This document shows, in pieces, positions 18,791 to 28,432 of a stretch of 64,000 bases of DNA (the stretch's first letter is position 1; every line of letters begins with the position of its first letter). Source of the stretch: an uncultured Sulfuricurvum sp. (lineage in GTDB: Bacteria > Campylobacterota > Campylobacteria > Campylobacterales > Sulfurimonadaceae); NCBI RefSeq assembly GCF_937936435.1, contig NZ_CALDDG010000051.1, positions 1,430 through 65,429 on the forward strand, given 5' to 3'. The position numbers and the translations under genes were made by a program. Below the pieces are notes generated by a model. The model was not told the DNA's origin. It made no database searches and saw nothing but the letters and a program-made list of their open reading frames with translations.

Positions 18791-19492
18791 TTAGTTTAGT
18801 CTGAACTCCAGCGTCAATTTGACTTCCGTAGGAAAAAGGCCGGAGAGCGCTTCGGGAATTTTGACCCCCGATGCCGATGCTACGGCATTTTTAGCCGCTT
18901 CATGAAAGATGGATTCTCCTTCGGAAACGATGACGTCGCGAATAGAACCTCCGCTATCGAGAGTGAATCGGATATTAACGTCCCCCTCCATCCCTCTGCG
19001 CCGTGCGGCGGAAGGGTAGCGGAGGCTTTGTTGGATTTTAGTGCGCAAACCGGCAAAAAACGATTGCTTTTCGGCACTGATATCGATTTTCGGCTGTGCT
19101 TTAGGAGCTGCCGCGGTTACGGGAAGAGAAGATGGTTTGCTCTCAACAGACGGTAAGGGGGATGGTGCGGGAACAGAGGGTTTCTCTGTCGATATCGTGG
19201 CAACTTTTTCCCGAATCGGCGGAATATCGCGGACAATAGATTTCTGCGGCGGTTCTTGCGGTGTGCTTACATTTTTTTGTTTGGGCATTTCGGCAGGCGG
19301 ATGAGGTACCGAAAAAGAGGGCGGTACGATAGTAGGGGAAGGGTTTGAGAACGATACCAGAGATATTTTTTTGAGGGGGAGGGCAAATTTTTCGGGAGTG
19401 TTATGGAACATATTGAGCATTAATGCGGCGAATAAGGCCATAAGAGAGTGAAATACCAACGATAGACTGAGGGCTTTTGAGGTTGTATTCAT
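18791..19492 (-). CDS. tonB: Energy transducer TonB
   Basis: N-terminal TM with SLVFH, Pro-rich linker, YPSAARRRGMEGDV C-terminal domain; start 19492 (ATGA overlap) or 19504. Confidence 0.88.
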   Translation of the reverse strand: MNTTSKALSLSLVFHSLMALFAALMLNMFHNTPEKFALPLKKISLVSFSNPSPTIVPPSFSVPHPPAEMPKQKNVSTPQEPPQKSIVRDIPPIREKVATISTEKPSVPAPSPLPSVESKPSSLPVTAAAPKAQPKIDISAEKQSFFAGLRTKIQQSLRYPSAARRRGMEGDVNIRFTLDSGGSIRDVIVSEGESIFHEAAKNAVASASGVKIPEALSGLFPTEVKLTLEFRLN

Positions 19493-20136
19493 AATCGTAT
19501 CCATCCGTTAAAAATTGCGATTCCTATCCCTGCTAGCAAGAGCGGGGCAAAGCGCTGAAGAAGGTTTCGGTAGTTGCTGAGGTGGTGAAGACTCTCTTTC
19601 AAAATAGCCGTAAGGACGACCGAGAAAAAGAGAAACCACAGCAGCGTTGCTCCGAGCCCAAATGCCAAACCGTATGCGACGGCCCACATGAGCGATGACG
19701 ATGCGGCGCTGAGCGTCATCATGGTGATGACGGGTGCGCACAGAGACATCGAAAGAAGCGCTCCCGTGAAAAACAGCTCGATTTTCCCCTGCGGAGAGGG
19801 AGAGGAGGCGCTGCAACATGATGAAGTGCGTCGGAGAGAGAACCACAGGCGTATGGCAAGAATCAGGGTGATGCTGCCGAGCAGATAGCCCATCAAATCG
19901 GTATCTTTAATCAGGGATTTAATCATGGATGAGCCGAGAAAAGCGATAAGGGAGAGAAAAATATAGCCGCTGATACGTCCCAGACTGATAGGGAGCAATA
20001 CCTGTAAGCTTTGAGAACGTGTAGCACTGTTCGCCAATAAAATCGGTGAGAGCAGCGGCATGCAGCTGAGCATGCACGCGGTTGCCCCATAAGAGAGCGC
20101 AACAAGAAACAAGGAGAGCAGAGCCATCACTTCCAC
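19489..20136 (-). CDS. DsbD_2 / TauE-SafE-like membrane protein
   Basis: ACMLSCMP, LGRISGY, SLCAP, FGLGAT motifs; about 6 TMs. Confidence 0.75.
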   Translation of the reverse strand: MEVMALLSLFLVALSYGATACMLSCMPLLSPILLANSATRSQSLQVLLPISLGRISGYIFLSLIAFLGSSMIKSLIKDTDLMGYLLGSITLILAIRLWFSLRRTSSCCSASSPSPQGKIELFFTGALLSMSLCAPVITMMTLSAASSSLMWAVAYGLAFGLGATLLWFLFFSVVLTAILKESLHHLSNYRNLLQRFAPLLLAGIGIAIFNGWIRL

Positions 20137-20139
20137 GGT

Positions 20140-21141
20140 TTAGCCTTTCCACCATTTATCGATTTTTGTCCGTTTTTTGAACGATTCTTTTGAGGAACTG
20201 AGAATCGTAAACGGACCGTATTTGAAGTTCATTACTCCCTCATGCGGGCAAAATTCGATACATCGTCCGCACAAGGTACAGTCACTGTGGGTGATATTTT
20301 TATTCTCTGCGCTCTCTTGAATCTCGAAAATATCCATAGGGCAGGCTTTGATACAGTTGCCGCACGAATCACAGCTGGATGAGCCGTTTTTGACGAGGCG
20401 AAGAAGGCCGATTTTTTTAAACAGAGTTTGCATCGGCAGGATCGGGCAGATACGGCAAAACGGCTGACGGACGAAGAGTGCAAGAGCGATCATCAGACCG
20501 AACAGCAAATCGGCGATCAGCGAGAGGGCAAAATAGCCTCCGTTGGCCTGAGAAATATAGATTTGGGACATATCTCCCGTCATCGCGGTGGTCATAATAC
20601 GGCTTGGACAGACCGCGCAATAAGGCGCTCCCCATTCGTGCCCGAGATAGCCGATTCCGGTGAGAATCGGAAAAATAAGGACGAGAAATAAAAAGATAAA
20701 CCATTTGATCGGGCGGATTTTCGTAACCGTTTCACGGCTGAGGGAGACGAGCTGAGTAAGCCCGAGTTTAGTCCCTATCATTCCTACGGTTTCTTGGAAA
20801 AAGCCCAGAGGACAGAGCCATCCGCAAAACGCTTTGTTTAAAACGAGAATGAGCGCTGCGACGGTGGCAATGGTGACGAGAGTTCCCATCAGGGCGGGAA
20901 GTACTTTCTCATCCTGAGTGAAAATCGTCGAGACCCGGTGATCCATCTGGTGCTGAAGCGGAATCAGGGTGCAGAAATCTCCTCCGCTTTGATCGTAGGC
21001 ACAGGAGAGGGCGGGGAGACTTTGGGTCAGTTTGTCACCGGTGTAAAATGTGGTGAAAAATGCCGCACCGTAGACGAAAAAGACGAAAGCCGTCAGTTGA
21101 ATCACCCGTCGCAGGGCGGTGAGAGTGAGCAGTTTATCCAC
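20140..21141 (-). CDS. Membrane 4Fe-4S polyferredoxin (NapH/MauN/CcoG-like)
   Basis: FCGWLCP, YCAVCP, FCRICP plus two CxxCxxCxxxCP motifs; GTG start with AGGAG SD. Confidence 0.88.
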   Translation of the reverse strand: MDKLLTLTALRRVIQLTAFVFFVYGAAFFTTFYTGDKLTQSLPALSCAYDQSGGDFCTLIPLQHQMDHRVSTIFTQDEKVLPALMGTLVTIATVAALILVLNKAFCGWLCPLGFFQETVGMIGTKLGLTQLVSLSRETVTKIRPIKWFIFLFLVLIFPILTGIGYLGHEWGAPYCAVCPSRIMTTAMTGDMSQIYISQANGGYFALSLIADLLFGLMIALALFVRQPFCRICPILPMQTLFKKIGLLRLVKNGSSSCDSCGNCIKACPMDIFEIQESAENKNITHSDCTLCGRCIEFCPHEGVMNFKYGPFTILSSSKESFKKRTKIDKWWKG

Positions 21142-21952
21142 GGGTAACTCCTTGGTTTTTATGTCGGCGGTAGAGGAAAAGTCCTCCTAAAAATCCGATA
21201 AATACGGCTCCCGCCCCATAAGGCTGTGATTGCCAATAATCGTTGGGATTGACGTAATAGGGCATGGAAAAAGTGCTGATATAGAGGGTTTTTTCCTCTT
21301 TATGCTCAATATTTAATAGAAACTCGGAGGGCTTGTTTTCACTGCGTCCGATTTGCACGTTTTTAAAATCATTCGGAAGGGTTATAGTAAATGATCCTCT
21401 ATCATCGGAACGGTAGGTTTGAACGGCACTGTTATGGGTTTCGAGCGTAACCGAAGCGTTCGCCAACGGTTTGCCCCTATATTTTAGGAGAAATCGGTAG
21501 CTTTTTGACGCGGTATATCGGTCATGCTCCCGATGGAGAGGATCGGGGACGATCTCTAAGGAACTTTTTGTGAGCGCGGTTAACCGTGTCGGAGAAATTT
21601 TTGCGGGGCGTCCCTGCAAGGAGAGGTATCGTACGGCACTGTAAACAGTGTCTCCGGAACGGCTTTCGGAAACAAGCGCATAATATCCTCCCATCCGAGG
21701 TTTCGGGAGGATGACCGTATTACGCTTCATCGCTAACGGAATCGTTGAAAGGTCAGGACGGATCAGGGTGGACGTGGCATTTCCTTCCATGTTCATCAGG
21801 GCAAACATGGCACTCTCTCCTTTGCCGTGACCGCCGTGTTTCGCAGCTATTTTTTTGCCGTCGTCACATCCGTGCGGAATCCAATAGGAAGCATGTTCTC
21901 CGTATCCCCAAAGTGTTGCAGAGATAGAGAGTGCTAAGAGAAACGGTTTCAT
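21134..21952 (-). CDS. DUF4198-like periplasmic protein with C-terminal membrane anchor
   Basis: Signal peptide, HGGHG and HREH, LEIVP...YRGKPLANASV...SDDRG pattern, C-terminal TM. Confidence 0.7.
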   Translation of the reverse strand: MKPFLLALSISATLWGYGEHASYWIPHGCDDGKKIAAKHGGHGKGESAMFALMNMEGNATSTLIRPDLSTIPLAMKRNTVILPKPRMGGYYALVSESRSGDTVYSAVRYLSLQGRPAKISPTRLTALTKSSLEIVPDPLHREHDRYTASKSYRFLLKYRGKPLANASVTLETHNSAVQTYRSDDRGSFTITLPNDFKNVQIGRSENKPSEFLLNIEHKEEKTLYISTFSMPYYVNPNDYWQSQPYGAGAVFIGFLGGLFLYRRHKNQGVTRG

Positions 21953-21961
21953 TGAGAATCC

Positions 21962-24142
21962 TTAAAATTTGACCGACAGCCCTGCCGTATAGACACGGCC
22001 CGGATTGACGGTAAGGGTGAGATCTTCTTTGTTATAGACGAAGTTGTAGTCGCGGTCTCCGCTGCTGCGCGCCGTATTGAAATAGAATTTATCAAATACG
22101 TTGTCGATGCGGGCAAAAAAATCGAAGGTATAGCCTTTGTATTTTTCGCTATGGCGGGCCAAGAGGTTGAAGACTTCATATCCGGGCATTTTGAGCTGAT
22201 TGAGTTCATCGGCGTAATAGCTGGATTTTGCCGTTACTTCCGCCGATAAAACGGTACTGGCAGAGAGATTGTAGTTCCCGGTCAGATTGAGCGTATGGCG
22301 TGACGTTCTGGGAACCGTATTTCCTTTGAGATCGTAGTGAACCTGTGTGTATGAAGGAAGATACGGACTTCCCAATCCTAAATAGAAATTATCGTATTGG
22401 GTGAAATAGGCATCCAGATACGTATAGGCCAGATCGAAGGAGAAGGTTTTTTTCGCATCGCTTTGCAAAGATAGCTCCAACCCTCGGCTGCGCATGCCTC
22501 CGATATTTTCATATTTTTGGGGATTGGTGGCGGTTGCCGCGGTATATTGACCGATAGAGGACATGATATAGTTTTTGCGATCCAGTAAAAAGAGGGTCGT
22601 TTCGTAGGCGAACGTGTTATTGAATGCCGAAAAATTACCGCGAGCCCCTAGATCGTAATTGACCGCCTGTTCGGGTTTGAGATCAGGATTGTTAAGCACT
22701 TTGGAATCGAGGCTGATGGTTCCGTTGAACAGCTGATCGATCGACGGGGCGCGAAAACCGGTGGATCGGCTGACAAACAGGGTCGTCGAATCGTTGAGAT
22801 TGTGAGTCAGACCGATACGGTGCGAATAGACGTTGAAATCTTTTTGCAGCGAGAGGGCATTAAGACGGTCGTCATAATCGAGCTGGATATTGTCGTAACG
22901 TCCGTTAAGTGTCAAGGTCGTCGCGTCGGTAAGGGGGACTTTGACTTCAAGATAAGGAGCGTAAACCTCTTCGGTGGTTTTGTTGTCTCCCGTCGGAGTT
23001 CCGGCGGTATAGACTGTCGGAGAAAAAGCACTGGTTTTAAAATCGACGAGATACGCGGTTTTGTTTTCATATACATTGTTTCGGACGTCCGCACCGAATA
23101 GGTAAGCGAAGTTTTCCCCTGAACTTCGGTATTCGCTTTTTAGACCGCGTTGAACCTGATGGTAATCGTTGCCGGTCGTATAGGCATCATCAGCCGTTAC
23201 TACCGCTCCGGTAGAGCTGTATTTTTGGGGTGAGCTGACGAACTCGGTATTGTCTCCGTAGTGATAGATATTAACGAGGAGATTGGAGTTGTTGCCGAAA
23301 TCTTTACTGTAGGTCAAAAAGAGTTTGAGCAAATCGACGTCATACATACGGGTATAGTCGCGTCCCTCCTGACTGGTTGGATCGTTGATCGCTTGAGTGA
23401 TCCCTTCCACGGTTCCGTGGGAATCTTTTTCGCGGTGAGATGCTTCGATACCGAAGGTCAGATCGCTGGTGTCGTCGATGTAATATTGGAGTTTACCGTT
23501 CGCATAGCGTGCAAGATAATCTGAGTCTTTCCAGTATCCGTCACTTTTACGTTCGCTGATTTGAAGTCGTCCGTTAAAAGAGTCTTTCGCAAAAGAGGTC
23601 TCTGCTAAAAGTTTTCGGTAGCCGAAACTTCCGAACTCTGAGGCTACACTCGAGCGGTTGATCGCCCCTTTTTTTGTTGTGATGATGACGGCGCCCGCGA
23701 GGGCATCGTCACCGAACAGATACGATGCTCCCCCTTTGATCACCTTGATCGAGGCGATATTATCGAGATCGATGTTGACCGCTCCGGTCCGCTCGAATAC
23801 CGGAACACCGTCGATGACGACTGCCACACCCGGTTTTTCTCCCATATAACGCTGATTTTCTACCCCGCGGATATGAATTTTCAGCGTATCGCCCGTTTTA
23901 ATCTCTGTCGTGATTCCGGGGATCGCTTGGAGGACCTGCTGGAGGTTTTCGATATGGGCTTCGTCTACGGTTTCTCCTGAGATGGATGCCGTGGACGATA
24001 CTTCGGTCTGGCCCGAATGAAACCGATCGTCGATCGTCGTTGAGTCGATACCGATAATACCGAGGTTTTCCGTTGCGAAACATGAAGCGCTTAACAGAGT
24101 AGATAAGATGAGACTTTGAGAGAGCCTGCGGTTATTTGCCAT
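21962..24142 (-). CDS. TonB-dependent receptor 1
   Basis: Plug motifs IHIRG, IDGVP, IKVIKGGASYLFGDDALAGAVIITTK; GFRAPS, NPDLKPE; terminal Phe. Confidence 0.95.
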   Translation of the reverse strand: MANNRRLSQSLILSTLLSASCFATENLGIIGIDSTTIDDRFHSGQTEVSSTASISGETVDEAHIENLQQVLQAIPGITTEIKTGDTLKIHIRGVENQRYMGEKPGVAVVIDGVPVFERTGAVNIDLDNIASIKVIKGGASYLFGDDALAGAVIITTKKGAINRSSVASEFGSFGYRKLLAETSFAKDSFNGRLQISERKSDGYWKDSDYLARYANGKLQYYIDDTSDLTFGIEASHREKDSHGTVEGITQAINDPTSQEGRDYTRMYDVDLLKLFLTYSKDFGNNSNLLVNIYHYGDNTEFVSSPQKYSSTGAVVTADDAYTTGNDYHQVQRGLKSEYRSSGENFAYLFGADVRNNVYENKTAYLVDFKTSAFSPTVYTAGTPTGDNKTTEEVYAPYLEVKVPLTDATTLTLNGRYDNIQLDYDDRLNALSLQKDFNVYSHRIGLTHNLNDSTTLFVSRSTGFRAPSIDQLFNGTISLDSKVLNNPDLKPEQAVNYDLGARGNFSAFNNTFAYETTLFLLDRKNYIMSSIGQYTAATATNPQKYENIGGMRSRGLELSLQSDAKKTFSFDLAYTYLDAYFTQYDNFYLGLGSPYLPSYTQVHYDLKGNTVPRTSRHTLNLTGNYNLSASTVLSAEVTAKSSYYADELNQLKMPGYEVFNLLARHSEKYKGYTFDFFARIDNVFDKFYFNTARSSGDRDYNFVYNKEDLTLTVNPGRVYTAGLSVKF

Positions 24143-24175
24143 CGCAATTCCTTGGATTTAGGATTAAAAAGTGCG

Positions 24176-24253
24176 ATTATGGAGAAAAAGTGTTACATTA
24201 GTGTTAATTCATTAGTTTAAGTTAACACTAATGTAACACTTCTTTGAAATAAT
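24176..24253. promoter_or_regulatory. Back-to-back promoters with a perfect 20-bp inverted repeat; each arm is an 11-bp-period TAACAC tandem site followed 9 nt later by ATAAT
   Basis: AAGTGTTACATTAGTGTTAA (24188-24207) / TTAACACTAATGTAACACTT (24222-24241); ATAAT at 24249-24253 (+) and 24176-24180 (-). Confidence 0.85.
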
Positions 24254-24282
24254 CCTTTTAATTTTTTAATGCAAGGATATTA

Positions 24283-26466
24283 ATGTTTAATATTAAGATA
24301 TCTATGGCGGCTGTATTGTTTTGTAGCAGTGCTTATGCTACGGAAGAGGCTGATTTAGGGAGTGTGTCAATAACGGCAACCAAAACAGCGCAAAGTACAT
24401 TGGAATCTCCAGCGAGTGTAGAGATAGTAACAGCAAAGAAGATAGAAGAAAAATCGGTTCAAAGAGCTGATGAAGCGATTAAAGATGTAGCAGGAGTCTA
24501 TTTAAGGGCAGATGCAGATCACACGCCAAACAGTTGGAGCAACTCGGTGACACTTCGGGGAGTTCCGATGTACTATCGTACGGCCGTGTTAGTGGATGAT
24601 GTTGTGATGAATAACGCGTTTTCAGCAGGAGTTAACTGGTCGAATATCCCGGTCGAAGATATTGAACGGGTAGAGGTGGTCAAAGGACCATTTTCATCGC
24701 TGTATGGTGGAAATGCAATGAGTGGTGTTATTAACGTAATTACAAAAGAGCCGACCAAACGCGAAGTAGTGATTAAAACGGGATATGGAAGTGATAATTA
24801 TAAAAATTTTATTGCATCTTACAGAGATAAAATCACGGATAAGTTAGGGATAAATATCAATTTCGGTAAGAAAACCAGTGATGGGTATATCAACGATCTT
24901 GTGGTAAAAACACCTACAACCGGAACGGGCGGAACGATAGTGAGTGGTGCTCGGCAATCGACAGATAGCACAGGAAAAACAGTTTATATTGTAGGCGATA
25001 AAGGAACTAAAGGATGGTGGGAAGATGATGTCGGCATCAAACTTCATTACAGTTTTAATAATGATAATAAAATGTCAGCCGGATTTTCACATCATAAGCA
25101 TGCGACGAAATATGATCATCTTAATACCTATCTGAGCGATGGAGCAGGAAACCCTGTTGTATCAGGGTCAGTGCAGTTGGACGCTACTTCAAAAGCGACA
25201 CTTGCTGAAAAAGACTTTTTATTCGGTCCTACCGGAGAAGAGACCAACCGCTATACTCTTTCATATGAGAGCAAAATTTTCGATGATGTAAAAGTCAAGC
25301 TCAATACGCATTATACCGATTACGGGTATTGGTATATCTCTCAGTCGACAGGTGCGGTATCAAGCGGTGGAGCAGGAACGTATACCGATATTCCGAATAC
25401 AACAAGATTCGGTTCACTGCAGCTGAGTTTTCCTCTCGGCAATATCAATTATATTGTGATGGGTGTCGATTTAAACCATAATGAGCTAGCGAAAAAAGTG
25501 AATGTTCTTCCTAATTGGACGGATGATTCGACGCGTACAACTCTTAATAGCGAGTCAAACGGTAAAAATACGACTAAAGCATTGTTTATACAGGATACGA
25601 TTGATATTACCGATAATCTCGTAGCATATATAGGCGGACGATATGATAGTTGGGTGACTTCAGGGAGCTATATCGACTATACTAAATCGACCTTGACAAA
25701 CTACGAGGAACGACGTGATTCACATTTTAGTCCAAAAGCTTCATTGGTCTATATGCCTAATGCACATACGACATTACGAACCTCTGCAGGCCAAGCCTTT
25801 AGAGCCCCTTCTTTAAGCGATTTGTACTCATCGTTTTACTCGGGGAGCAAACTTTACAGCTCCAGTCCTGATCTGAAACCCGAAACGTTGACATCATGGG
25901 AAATCGGGTTTGAACACATCTTTGATACAAAAACCCATTTTAAAACGACCTATTACGAAAACTATTTGAAAGATTTGATGTATACGACAGACATCAGTGC
26001 AACGCTCAATGAAAAACGAAATGCCGGAAAAGCAGAAATCAAGGGGATAGAATTAGAGGTACAGCAAGAGGTCACCGATGGGTTAAATGCGTTTGCAAAC
26101 TTCACCTACAACCATACCGAAATCACGGAAAATATTAATAAACCTGAGATTGTTGGCAAACGGATGACGTATGTTCCTATGCGCCAGTTTAACGTCGGAA
26201 TGAGCGGAGAGCAAGGAGGGTGGAGCGGATCGTTGATCGGTTGTTATGTAGATGATATCACGACCAAAGATGATAACTCTGATATCTATAAATCGACATA
26301 CGGCGGTTATGAATCGTATTTTACTGTTGATGCAAAAATCGGGTTTCAAATACAAAAATGGATAAACGCTTCCATTGCAGTGAATAACATTTTTGACAAA
26401 GAGTTTTACCAATCCTCTCTGACTCCGGGACGGACAGTATACGGCGAACTTACGTTCAAATTTTAA
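24283..26466 (+). CDS. TonB-dependent receptor 2
   Basis: VSITATK TonB-box region, IERVEVVKGPFSSLYGGNAMSGVINVITK, AFRAPS, DLKPE, terminal Phe. Confidence 0.95.
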   Translation: MFNIKISMAAVLFCSSAYATEEADLGSVSITATKTAQSTLESPASVEIVTAKKIEEKSVQRADEAIKDVAGVYLRADADHTPNSWSNSVTLRGVPMYYRTAVLVDDVVMNNAFSAGVNWSNIPVEDIERVEVVKGPFSSLYGGNAMSGVINVITKEPTKREVVIKTGYGSDNYKNFIASYRDKITDKLGININFGKKTSDGYINDLVVKTPTTGTGGTIVSGARQSTDSTGKTVYIVGDKGTKGWWEDDVGIKLHYSFNNDNKMSAGFSHHKHATKYDHLNTYLSDGAGNPVVSGSVQLDATSKATLAEKDFLFGPTGEETNRYTLSYESKIFDDVKVKLNTHYTDYGYWYISQSTGAVSSGGAGTYTDIPNTTRFGSLQLSFPLGNINYIVMGVDLNHNELAKKVNVLPNWTDDSTRTTLNSESNGKNTTKALFIQDTIDITDNLVAYIGGRYDSWVTSGSYIDYTKSTLTNYEERRDSHFSPKASLVYMPNAHTTLRTSAGQAFRAPSLSDLYSSFYSGSKLYSSSPDLKPETLTSWEIGFEHIFDTKTHFKTTYYENYLKDLMYTTDISATLNEKRNAGKAEIKGIELEVQQEVTDGLNAFANFTYNHTEITENINKPEIVGKRMTYVPMRQFNVGMSGEQGGWSGSLIGCYVDDITTKDDNSDIYKSTYGGYESYFTVDAKIGFQIQKWINASIAVNNIFDKEFYQSSLTPGRTVYGELTFKF

Positions 26467-26475
26467 CGGTAAGAG

Positions 26476-27432
26476 ATGATGAAGTCGTTTGGTTTAATCA
26501 TAGCAATTGTTTTAGAATTGGTGCTCACATGTTCATTGCTTAGTGCAAACGAATCACTATGGCTCGATGAAGCAAAAAAGAAAAAGTGTTGCGAGGTGAA
26601 GTCAGATTTATCTCCTCAAAAAGAATTCTCTTTTAAATCAGGGAGTCTTCATAAAAACGAAAAACTAAAAGATTTGAGCGGTTCGATTTTGTATATTCGT
26701 GATATGGACGGAAAAATTGAAGAACACAATCTCTCCGGATCAAAAATCACGTTCATTCCTCAATACAAAGGAAACTATTATCTTTTTGTCGAGCGACGTT
26801 CTGTCCAAGATGGGACGTTGAACGTAGAGCTCTCTTCGCACCGCATCTACAACAAAGAGGGGAACCTCTCATGCGCATGGACGAAAGAAGTGCGTGGTAA
26901 AACCTCCGATTCCCGCTATCTGAGTGAACCGTTGCCGCAGTTGCCGTTTCAGTTGATTATGGAAAAATCGATCCATCGCCATCATATCAACTGTTGTCTC
27001 TATGCGGGGGATATCGCTCCGTTTAAAGTCTATTATAAAGGGGAATTGCTCCATGATGTGCCGTTGAGTGTCGAGATGGAGAGCGGATGGACAAACGTCA
27101 TTGAGCCCTCCGATGATGGGACGGTGTCGTTCGAGATTCCGCGAAGCACGTACGCACCGGACAAAGGGGATAAGAAACGCTCCGAAAAGCTGTTGGTCAG
27201 TGCTTCGTACGATACCAACGAATCGGGAGTATTCGAGGGGAATGCGTATAGTAAAGTGCACTATACGATGACGATACCGCTTTCATTCGGGAATCCGCCG
27301 CTCGAATACGAATCCAAATCTCTGGCGTTTGCGACCGTGATCGGAGTGATGCTGGTGTTCTCGTTAGGACTCTATTATAACCGCCGACGCAAGCGTAAAA
27401 CGCCCAAGGAGATCTATTTTGACGAAGAATAA
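26476..27432 (+). CDS. DUF4198-like periplasmic protein, Cys/His-rich, C-terminal membrane anchor
   Basis: Signal peptide, KKCC and HRHHINCC motifs, FKVYYKGELL...SDDG pattern, TM plus basic tail; same layout as 21134-21952. Confidence 0.65.
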   Translation: MMKSFGLIIAIVLELVLTCSLLSANESLWLDEAKKKKCCEVKSDLSPQKEFSFKSGSLHKNEKLKDLSGSILYIRDMDGKIEEHNLSGSKITFIPQYKGNYYLFVERRSVQDGTLNVELSSHRIYNKEGNLSCAWTKEVRGKTSDSRYLSEPLPQLPFQLIMEKSIHRHHINCCLYAGDIAPFKVYYKGELLHDVPLSVEMESGWTNVIEPSDDGTVSFEIPRSTYAPDKGDKKRSEKLLVSASYDTNESGVFEGNAYSKVHYTMTIPLSFGNPPLEYESKSLAFATVIGVMLVFSLGLYYNRRRKRKTPKEIYFDEE

Positions 27433-28432
27433 GTTTGGTCTCCGCCGCAGTGTCAATAATATGAACCTCGTGCGGTTTCGGTTTTGGTTTCAGATTGCGG
27501 CGTTTGCCCTCATCGTTTACGGCGGATGGGCCGGAATCGATCTGGGAGATAAGCTCCCGACGTTTGCGTGTGTCTTTAGCTCCGATGCATCCGGGGGAAA
27601 ATGTTACGTCGGCGAACTTCAGCACGATTTGCGTCATACGTTCGAGATGATGGCGGGATATGCCGGATACGCGTTTTTGATCTCATTGGGGATGTTTATC
27701 GTTTGGTTTTGGGTACTGAACAAAGGATGGTGCGGCTTTGTCTGTCCTCTGGGGACGATGCAAGACTGGCTCACGATGCTGCGCGAAAAAAGCAAAATCC
27801 GTTTTAGCGAATACTCGTGGGCAAACCGCAAAAAAATCAAGAGCATCAAATATATTTTGCTCTTTTTGATGCTTTTGCTACCGGTGATGGTCGCCAACTC
27901 GGTGTTTGGAGCGCCGAAATTGCCAAGCGGTCTTGCTATGCCGTTTTGCGATATTTGCCCCGGACGGATGATGATTCCGGCCTTTACGGGAGATTTTAAC
28001 CAGTTTTACATCGACTTTTCGACGAAAACCGATCTGGTGATGGCGGTACTGGGGATGATTATGACGGGGCTGTTTTTGGTCGGATCATTCGTAAAAAAGC
28101 GGTTTTTTTGTTATTTTTGTCCGATGGCGGCCTTGCAGTATATTTTTTCGAAGCCCGCATTGCTCAAACTCTATAAAGACGGTTCAAAATGTACAAAATG
28201 CGGCGATTGTTACCATGCATGTGACATGGACATCCTTGAAATCGCTGACGACGTGACGACGAAAAATATGGTTACGGAGGATTGCACGTTGTGTCTCAAA
28301 TGCGTCGCCGCCTGTCCCGAAGAGGGGTGTTTGGAAGCTAATTTTATGGGAGCTACTATTTTCGAATCGACCAAAGAGGGATTTGTTCTTCGAATGGCGA
28401 TGGATCAGCATAAGGAGTCACATGCACACTGA
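27419..28432 (+). CDS. Membrane 4Fe-4S polyferredoxin (paralog of 20140-21141)
   Basis: WCGFVCP, FCDICP, FCYFCP plus two ferredoxin motifs; TTG start with AAGGAG SD. Confidence 0.88.
   Translation: MTKNKFGLRRSVNNMNLVRFRFWFQIAAFALIVYGGWAGIDLGDKLPTFACVFSSDASGGKCYVGELQHDLRHTFEMMAGYAGYAFLISLGMFIVWFWVLNKGWCGFVCPLGTMQDWLTMLREKSKIRFSEYSWANRKKIKSIKYILLFLMLLLPVMVANSVFGAPKLPSGLAMPFCDICPGRMMIPAFTGDFNQFYIDFSTKTDLVMAVLGMIMTGLFLVGSFVKKRFFCYFCPMAALQYIFSKPALLKLYKDGSKCTKCGDCYHACDMDILEIADDVTTKNMVTEDCTLCLKCVAACPEEGCLEANFMGATIFESTKEGFVLRMAMDQHKESHAH

Noticed and set aside
24188..24241. Inverted repeat as transposon ends or an invertible switch
   Set aside because: The spacer is only 14 bp, no recombinase is nearby, and each arm sits at a fixed distance from a -10 box, which fits operators.
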